Assembly (NCBI RefSeq): GCF_020969955.1
Contig: NZ_JAHDSX010000076.1
Span: 1 to 6,333, forward strand
Direction of reading: 5' to 3'
DNA from: Allobaculum fili
Lineage (GTDB): Bacteria; Bacillota_I; Bacilli_A; Erysipelotrichales; Erysipelotrichaceae
DNA length: 6,333 bases
This document shows positions 1 through 3,138 of this stretch, piece after piece; the first letter of the stretch is position 1; each line of letters starts with the position of its first letter. The notes beneath the pieces are model-generated. The model saw only the letters and a program-made list of their open reading frames with translations. It did no database searches and was not told the origin of the DNA. A program made the position numbers and the translations under genes.

Positions 1-22
1 AATAGATTTTTAGAAAAAAGTG

Positions 23-43
23 AAAAAACTCGAATCATTCGAG
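23..43 (-). terminator. Weak intrinsic terminator, distal member of a tandem pair (minus strand)
   Basis: CTCGAA(29-34)/TTCGAG(38-43) form a 6-bp stem with a 3-nt loop. On the minus strand it is followed by T6 (A23-A28 on plus) and then a second T-run. The tail TAGAAAAAAG is duplicated exactly at 11-20 and 59-68. Confidence 0.35.
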
Positions 44-61
44 ATTTGACTTGAAGAGTAG

Positions 62-98
62 AAAAAAGACCACATCACTGCTTAACGCTGATGTGGTC
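62..98 (-). terminator. Rho-independent terminator (minus strand)
   Basis: Perfect 10-bp stem GACCACATCA(68-77)/TGATGTGGTC(89-98) with an 11-nt loop. On the minus strand it is followed directly by T6 (A62-A67 on plus). There is no T-run on the plus side. Confidence 0.7.
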
Positions 99-134
99 TG
101 AGAAATCTTAACTTAATGACATTGCTTATCATTC

Positions 135-217
135 GGAAGCAGCCCAGCTTCCAAAAATGCGTTCCTTGCCCAGGACGCATGATCCTCTGCTCATTCGCCC
201 GTGCAGAGGATTTTTTT
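135..217 (+). ncRNA. Candidate small RNA ending at the 182-217 terminator (5' end undefined)
   Basis: Three consecutive stem-loops: GGAAGC(135-140)/GCTTCC(147-152); GCGT.CCT/AGG.ACGC (159-178, one G-U or bulge); and the terminator 182-217. A -10-like TATCAT lies at 127-132 with no convincing -35. No SD-led ORF. The region is antisense to anything reaching the minus-strand terminator at 62-98. Confidence 0.2.
182..217 (+). terminator. Rho-independent terminator (plus strand)
   Basis: Perfect 9-bp stem ATCCTCTGC(182-190)/GCAGAGGAT(203-211) with a 12-nt loop, followed by T7 (211-217). On the minus strand it is preceded, not followed, by the homopolymer run, so it is plus-specific. Confidence 0.75.
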
Positions 218-282
218 ATGGGCACAAAATGCATTGGTCATTTCCGTAAGCTCAATCAGAAAACCGTTTTGGAGGACGGAAA

Positions 283-310
283 TAACGGGACGGTGCGGTG
301 TAACGGGACG
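283..310. repeat. Direct repeat TAACGGGACG x2 (283-292 and 301-310), 8-nt spacer
   Basis: Exact 10-mer read twice. The second copy runs into the 8-bp palindrome GGACGTCC (306-313). Function unknown. Confidence 0.8.
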
Positions 311-464
311 TCCTGGATCGAAAGAAAATGAGGAGGCGGTCGAAAGACTATGTATTCCATTTACGCATAAAAAATCGAAACAGCTTTCATTTCAGAGGCA
401 AATTGCCTTTATTCTCGTGAAGCTTGTTCAAGACGTCAGGGGCGGATAAAAAGTCAAGCGTTAA

Positions 465-494
465 TTGAAATATTCTAAAAATAGACGTTAAGAT
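465..494 (+). promoter_or_regulatory. Possible sigma-A-type promoter (plus)
   Basis: TTGAAA (465-470), an 18-nt spacer, then TAAGAT (489-494), which matches the -10 consensus at 4 of 6 positions. It would start a transcript near nt 501. Confidence 0.25.
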
Positions 495-544
495 AAGACC
501 GTGGAAATCAAAGCAGCAGATTTCCAATAATAATAATTTTTTCA

Positions 545-574
545 ATCATAATTTTTTTTCTTTCTTTTTCTCAA
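545..574 (-). promoter_or_regulatory. Possible sigma-A-type promoter (minus)
   Basis: On the minus strand: TTGAGA (574->569), an 18-nt spacer, then TATGAT (550->545, 5 of 6 to the -10 consensus). It would start a leftward transcript near nt 538 that could run to the terminators at 62-98 and 23-43. Confidence 0.3.
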
Positions 575-580
575 TAATTT

Positions 581-620
581 ACACAGAACACCCGGACCGC
601 CCATCCGGGTGTTTCTGTGT
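581..620 (+). terminator. Very strong hairpin, terminator-like
   Basis: ACACAGAACACCCGGA(581-596)/TCCGGGTGTTTCTGTGT(604-620): 16 bp with one bulged T and loop ccgccca. If only the GC-rich upper stem forms, the 3' arm supplies a UGUUUCUGUGU tail on the plus strand. There is no clean U-tract beyond the stem. Confidence 0.45.
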
Positions 621-636
621 CTGATGAAAAGAAATT

Positions 637-650
637 CTCTTTTAACTCTC
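637..650. repeat. 14-nt exact repeat CTCTTTTAACTCTC, copy 1 (partner at 1305-1318)
   Basis: Identical 14-mers at 637-650 and 1305-1318, each within about 20 nt of a strong terminator hairpin. Confidence 0.85.
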
Positions 651-732
651 ATTTTAGGTAAGGATCGGATACTGATCGTGGTCAGAGAAAGCCTCTGGTC
701 AAAGAAGCTGAATACAATTCAGGACTTCTTAT

Positions 733-744
733 TTCCTTTCTTCT
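733..744. repeat. 12-nt exact polypyrimidine repeat TTCCTTTCTTCT, copy 1 (partner at 1026-1037)
   Basis: Identical 12-mers at 733-744 and 1026-1037. The sequence is low-complexity, so a chance match is more likely than for a mixed sequence. Confidence 0.7.
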
Positions 745-765
745 CTTTTCATAATTTTCAATACC

Positions 766-798
766 GAAAAGTACCGGTTTGCCCGACCGGTACTTTTC
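766..798. terminator. Bidirectional-type terminator hairpin
   Basis: Perfect 13-bp stem GAAAAGTACCGGT(766-778)/ACCGGTACTTTTC(786-798) with loop ttgcccg. The A4/T4 flanks of the GC core give a short U-tract on either strand. Confidence 0.55.
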
Positions 799-928
799 AT
801 ATGCGGATGTATGAGAAACCGGAAGGCCGGATTCTGCGCGAACCGAGATCGCCGATAGAAGAGCTTCTGCCTAACGCCTGCTGTTTGGAAGCTGGGCGGG
901 ACTGGGATCTCTTTTTGCGCGGCATTTT

Positions 929-957
929 TTGTCTGAAAATTCTTTTTTGGTTTTAAT
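929..957 (+). promoter_or_regulatory. Possible sigma-A-type promoter (plus)
   Basis: TTGTCT (929-934), a 17-nt T-rich spacer, then TTTAAT (952-957, 5 of 6 to the -10 consensus). The predicted start is near nt 964. Confidence 0.3.
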
Positions 958-1025
958 TCGGCATAGAGGGTAAGAAATCGTCCGGTTTGAATAACCTGTG
1001 TTCTGGAGGTGCTGTTTCCTGATCG

Positions 1026-1037
1026 TTCCTTTCTTCT
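1026..1037. repeat. 12-nt exact polypyrimidine repeat TTCCTTTCTTCT, copy 2
   Basis: Identical to 733-744. Confidence 0.7.
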
Positions 1038-1304
1038 TTGACTGGACGACGCGGAGTGGATTTCTTCTGTCGCTGAGGCTGTGCACTCCCTGCTTTCTGC
1101 GGTTTCGGAGCGTATGCGATCCCACAAAAACAAGACCGAGGGAAGGCGAAATCCGCTCGTGAAATGACAAATGCTGCACCTTAATACCGTCTTAATAAAA
1201 ATGGGCATTGGAAAGCGTCTGACTTGCGTCAGTTGATATATTGAATTCGGGAAGAGACATAACGTTGGGTCAGCGCAGCGGCTGATCAATCCCTTCCATA
1301 TTTC

Positions 1305-1318
1305 CTCTTTTAACTCTC
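1305..1318. repeat. 14-nt exact repeat CTCTTTTAACTCTC, copy 2
   Basis: Identical to 637-650. It lies in a 37-nt G-free tract (1285-1321) immediately 5' of the terminator at 1326-1362. Confidence 0.85.
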
Positions 1319-1325
1319 TACGTAA

Positions 1326-1362
1326 TTGAAAAAGAAGGGTTGTGGCGGCCCTTCTTTTTCAA
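1326..1362. terminator. Rho-independent terminator, strong on plus and also usable on minus
   Basis: Perfect 14-bp stem TTGAAAAAGAAGGG(1326-1339)/CCCTTCTTTTTCAA(1349-1362). The GC core GAAGGG/CCCTTC is followed by T5 on the plus strand, with a second T6 at 1367-1372. Its A5 5' flank makes it symmetric. Confidence 0.75.
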
Positions 1363-1413
1363 TGCCTTTTTTGAAAAAACGGATGGGGCAGGAGGTTTGC
1401 GGGAGACGACAAA

Positions 1414-1444
1414 TTGAGAGCCCTGTGTGAATGCGTTTTATAAG
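1414..1444 (+). promoter_or_regulatory. Possible promoter of the 1483-2940 gene
   Basis: TTGAGA (1414-1419), a 17-19-nt spacer, then TTTATAAG (1437-1444, containing TATAAG and TTATAA). Confidence 0.35.
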
Positions 1445-1482
1445 CTGTTTCTGTTTAAGCGGTTTTTTGTTACGCTTTGACC

Positions 1483-2940
1483 ATGATGACTCCCAATTCG
1501 CCTAAGAATACAAAAAAGCCTGTTTCTGCGAAGAACACGGGCAAAAACAGAAAAAGAAAACGCAGGCTGACTCGAAAAGGAAAGATTGCACTCACGGTTG
1601 CGGTTTTAGTTATCGTCCTTTGCATCAGCCTTCTCTTTATGCGCCAGCCTTCGGTTGCAGAACGGCTTTCGCTTACCTATCTGGACTCCCTTACCCTCTC
1701 GGATCTCAACTCCAAACCGCAGGAAAGCTATGCGGATAAAACGCGTGTGGGCGACTACACGGTTTACGGTACGTCCCTTGTGTTTTACGATCAGACGTAT
1801 TCTCCTCTGGAAACCGACGGCTATTTTGGACGCAACGTCAAGCTGGTCAATATTAAAACCGGAGAAGAAATTACGACGACCTTTACCGGCGGCGGAGATA
1901 GTGGAATCGACTTGCAGAACCTGCCCGCCGGCGTTTATGAAGTGTATCTGACTAACGGCTATACGTACGCAAGAGCCTACAGCGATGAGGAAATGCACTC
2001 CTCTCCGCTGATTACGATGCGAAACGACAAGAAAGTCTCCAGCGTGCAGGTGGATGCTTCGAAAGACTATCTCGACAAGTTTAGCATCGACACCGATGAA
2101 AACTACATCTTTCTGACGGTAACGGAATCGCTGCCGATTGTGAAAGTGACCGATGTGGTCATCGACCCTTCCGGCTATCTGGTCGATCCAAACGGCATGC
2201 CTCTCGAATGGTACAGTGAGGGCAGCTTTGACGAGAGCGAGCACAGCTGGGAATTCGCTCAGCGTATTGCCAGATATCTCGAAAGCGCCGGGCTTCGCGT
2301 CACGTTCTCCCGCGATAAGGAAGAACTCAAAGGCTACGCAGGAGAAAACTCCCGCGCAGGGATCGGCTACTCTTCGCAGGCAAAAATCTTTTTGTCGCTG
2401 ACGATGAGCGATGCCGAGCAGCCCTATCCATATATGATCAGTTCGCCATTTACCAACGGCGTTCTGGGCAATTCGATTTCCAGCGCGCTTTTGAGCGATG
2501 GAATTTTGCTGAGCACGCCCGTAGTCTCTTCCCAGCTGAATATTGGAAATACGTACGACCAGCTCACTGTGGACGAGGCGTATGAGCTCGAACCGTATTC
2601 GCTGTTTCCGGCACTGCGCGAAACCGGCGGCCGTCTGACGAGCGCCGGCCAGAGCGAGCAGTGGAAAGCCAATGAGATGTTCTCCCAATCGTATGGAATG
2701 AACTCGCTGGTGTTCTGCTACGCGTCCAGTCAGAATGAAGCATCCAGAACGTATTTTCTGGAAAACGAAGATACGCTGGCCCGCGGAATCGCGCAGGGCA
2801 TTCTCAATGCCTGCGGCTATTCGATTACGCTTGACGAAAATTCCATTTCCCATGAGGAGGAAAGCCATTCCCAGACAACCGCTTCGCAAAGTGCGGCGGC
2901 TGCGTCTTCTGACTCGCCCGAAGACACTCCTTCCGAGTAA
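1483..2940 (+). CDS. Single-pass membrane protein with a beta-rich extracytoplasmic domain and a degenerate (probably non-catalytic) Amidase_3-like domain
   Basis: Long ORF (tracked from TTG 1477; ATG at 1483 and 1486; TAA at 2938-2940). It has a K/R-rich N-terminus, then a hydrophobic helix IALTVAVLVIVLCISLLFM (nt 1585-1641). The C-terminal half aligns by eye to the Amidase_3 pattern: VVIDPSGY..DPNG vs IDPGHGG.DPG; E.SWEFAQRIARYLESAGLRVTFSRD vs EkdlnL.iA..l...L...G..V.lTRd; AKIFLSLTMSD vs adlfiSiHaNa; ALRETGG vs vLre; SLVFCYASSQNE vs avLvElgFlsN.e; ARGIAQGI vs A.aia.GI. Acidic, Ser-rich tail. No SD upstream, so the start is uncertain. Confidence 0.85.
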   Translation: MMTPNSPKNTKKPVSAKNTGKNRKRKRRLTRKGKIALTVAVLVIVLCISLLFMRQPSVAERLSLTYLDSLTLSDLNSKPQESYADKTRVGDYTVYGTSLVFYDQTYSPLETDGYFGRNVKLVNIKTGEEITTTFTGGGDSGIDLQNLPAGVYEVYLTNGYTYARAYSDEEMHSSPLITMRNDKKVSSVQVDASKDYLDKFSIDTDENYIFLTVTESLPIVKVTDVVIDPSGYLVDPNGMPLEWYSEGSFDESEHSWEFAQRIARYLESAGLRVTFSRDKEELKGYAGENSRAGIGYSSQAKIFLSLTMSDAEQPYPYMISSPFTNGVLGNSISSALLSDGILLSTPVVSSQLNIGNTYDQLTVDEAYELEPYSLFPALRETGGRLTSAGQSEQWKANEMFSQSYGMNSLVFCYASSQNEASRTYFLENEDTLARGIAQGILNACGYSITLDENSISHEEESHSQTTASQSAAAASSDSPEDTPSE

Positions 2941-2958
2941 AATAAGCAGGAAAAAAAC

Positions 2959-3015
2959 AGGATCCTGAATCCGCCGGCTTTCATAGTGAAATCGGCCAAG
3001 AGGAGGATCCTTTTT
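2959..3015 (+). terminator. Rho-independent terminator of the 1483-2940 gene
   Basis: Composite hairpin: outer 8 bp AGGATCCT(2959-2966)/AGGATCCT(3004-3011), middle GCCG(2973-2976)/CGGC(2993-2996), inner TTTCA(2979-2983)/TGAAA(2987-2991) with a tri-loop, followed by T5 (3011-3015). Confidence 0.6.
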
Positions 3016-3069
3016 CTACGAAACGAAAAAGCCGAAGTACGGCTACTCCCATATCCGTCGTTTCCATGC

Positions 3070-3125
3070 GAAAAACGATACATCTCGTTTTTAATGCGTT
3101 ATGGAATCGGCAGAAAAACGATACA
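3070..3125 (+). promoter_or_regulatory. ABC-F 5' leader element: 13-nt direct repeat flanking a shared complementary segment
   Basis: GAAAAACGATACA occurs exactly at 3070-3082 and 3113-3125. TCGTTTTT (3085-3092) can pair 8 bp with AAAAACGA of either copy (3071-3078 or 3114-3121). Copy 2 abuts the SD AGAAAGGAAA (3125-3134). Confidence 0.3.
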
Positions 3126-3138
3126 GAAAGGAAATCCC

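Larger units (their letters stand above)
502..620 (+). ncRNA. Candidate sRNA module 1: 5' hairpin, G-free U/C-rich linker, terminal hairpin
   Basis: 8-bp hairpin TGGAAATC(502-509)/GATTTCCA(519-526), then a 54-nt linker (527-580) inside a 66-nt stretch with no G (520-585), then a 16-bp hairpin at 581-620. A promoter-like element lies at 465-494. Confidence 0.25.
621..798 (+). ncRNA. Candidate sRNA module 2: hairpins, G-free CU-rich linker, terminator (5' end undefined)
   Basis: Contains the CTCTTTTAACTCTC motif (637-650). Hairpin GGTCAGAG(680-687)/CTCTGGTC(693-700) has two G-U pairs that would be A-C mismatches on the minus strand. Hairpin GAAGCTGAAT(704-713)/ATTCAGgaCTTC(717-728) follows, then a 42-nt G-free CU-rich tract (724-765) and the terminator at 766-798. 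I found no convincing promoter of its own. Confidence 0.2.
964..1362 (+). ncRNA. Candidate ~400-nt structured RNA (module 3), or a long leader of the downstream gene
   Basis: Bounded by the promoter-like element at 929-957 and the strong terminator at 1326-1362. Long-range helices: 978-986 with 1041-1049 (9 bp, one G-U) and 1054-1064 with 1148-1158 (11 bp, one G-U). Hairpins at 1219-1232 and 1268-1287 (the latter with one G-U). All G-U pairs become A-C mismatches on the minus strand. No SD-led ORF. Confidence 0.3.

Noticed and set aside
135-144. GGAAGCAGCC, reminiscent of the conserved SRP/4.5S RNA helix-8 sequence.
   Set aside because: The flanking GGUCCGGAAG context and the long closing helix of SRP RNA are absent. 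Here the motif just forms a local 6-bp hairpin with 147-152.
441-449. TTATCCGCC (minus strand) and TTATCCAGT at 5303-5311 as DnaA-box-like 9-mers, with the AT-rich 480-800 tract as a possible origin-unwinding element.
   Set aside because: There are only two 7-of-9 matches, far apart, with no box cluster and no dnaA or dnaN context.
387-545. 52-aa TTG-initiated minus-strand small ORF, considered as a possible type I toxin.
   Set aside because: I do not call it a CDS. It has no real SD (only an A-rich run), a TTG start overlapping the predicted -10 box, acidic, basic and His residues inside the would-be helix, and TTA-rich codon usage unlike the neighbouring genes. It is kept only as a testable idea in the antisense-pair finding.
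509-550. 13-codon minus-strand ORF MIEKIIIIGNLLL (ATG 550->548) with four consecutive Ile codons, followed by a hairpin; looks like an ilv-type leader peptide.
   Set aside because: It has no SD, and the ATG lies inside the predicted -10 hexamer. No biosynthetic operon lies downstream, and the ATT run is simply part of an AT-rich tract.
680-700. GGTCAGAGAAAGCCTCTGG, vaguely like a PyrR-binding loop (UCCAGAGAGGCU).
   Set aside because: Several mismatches to the consensus, and no pyr genes nearby.
1108-1120. GAGCGTATGCGAT, resembling the 5' arm of group II intron domain V (GAGCCGUAUGCGAU).
   Set aside because: There is no complementary 3' arm, no GNRA-capped 34-nt hairpin, no GUGYG 5' end and no intron ORF. 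The match is coincidental.
116-1289. Tracked ORFs in the left region: 116-331(+), 201-449(+), 609-956(+), 729-1289(-), 871-1179(-).
   Set aside because: None has an SD. Several start at GTG or TTG (609, 1179, 1289). They overlap one another. 609-956 and 729-1289 read through the perfect hairpin at 766-798, and 609-956 starts inside the 581-620 hairpin. Their sequences are Arg/Cys/Phe-rich with no recognisable motif. I treat them as non-coding, although blastx could still reveal a decayed gene.
1606-2889. 427-aa minus-strand ORF, plus small ORFs at 1655-1951, 2153-2401, 2424-2672, 2735-2968, 2817-3083 and 2981-3202.
   Set aside because: These are shadow frames of the 1483-2940 gene and its flank. 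They have Arg/Gly/Ala-rich antisense-type composition and no motifs, while the plus frame carries a TM helix and an Amidase_3-like block pattern.
2986-3138. N-terminal 51-codon extension of the ABC-F ORF as tracked (start at 2986).
   Set aside because: 2986 is a GTG inside the loop and stem of the upstream gene's terminator, and the extension has no ABC-F homology. ATG 3139 has a proper SD, and MKLQVSNLYKSYG is a typical ABC N-terminus. The in-frame ATG at 3094 has no SD.
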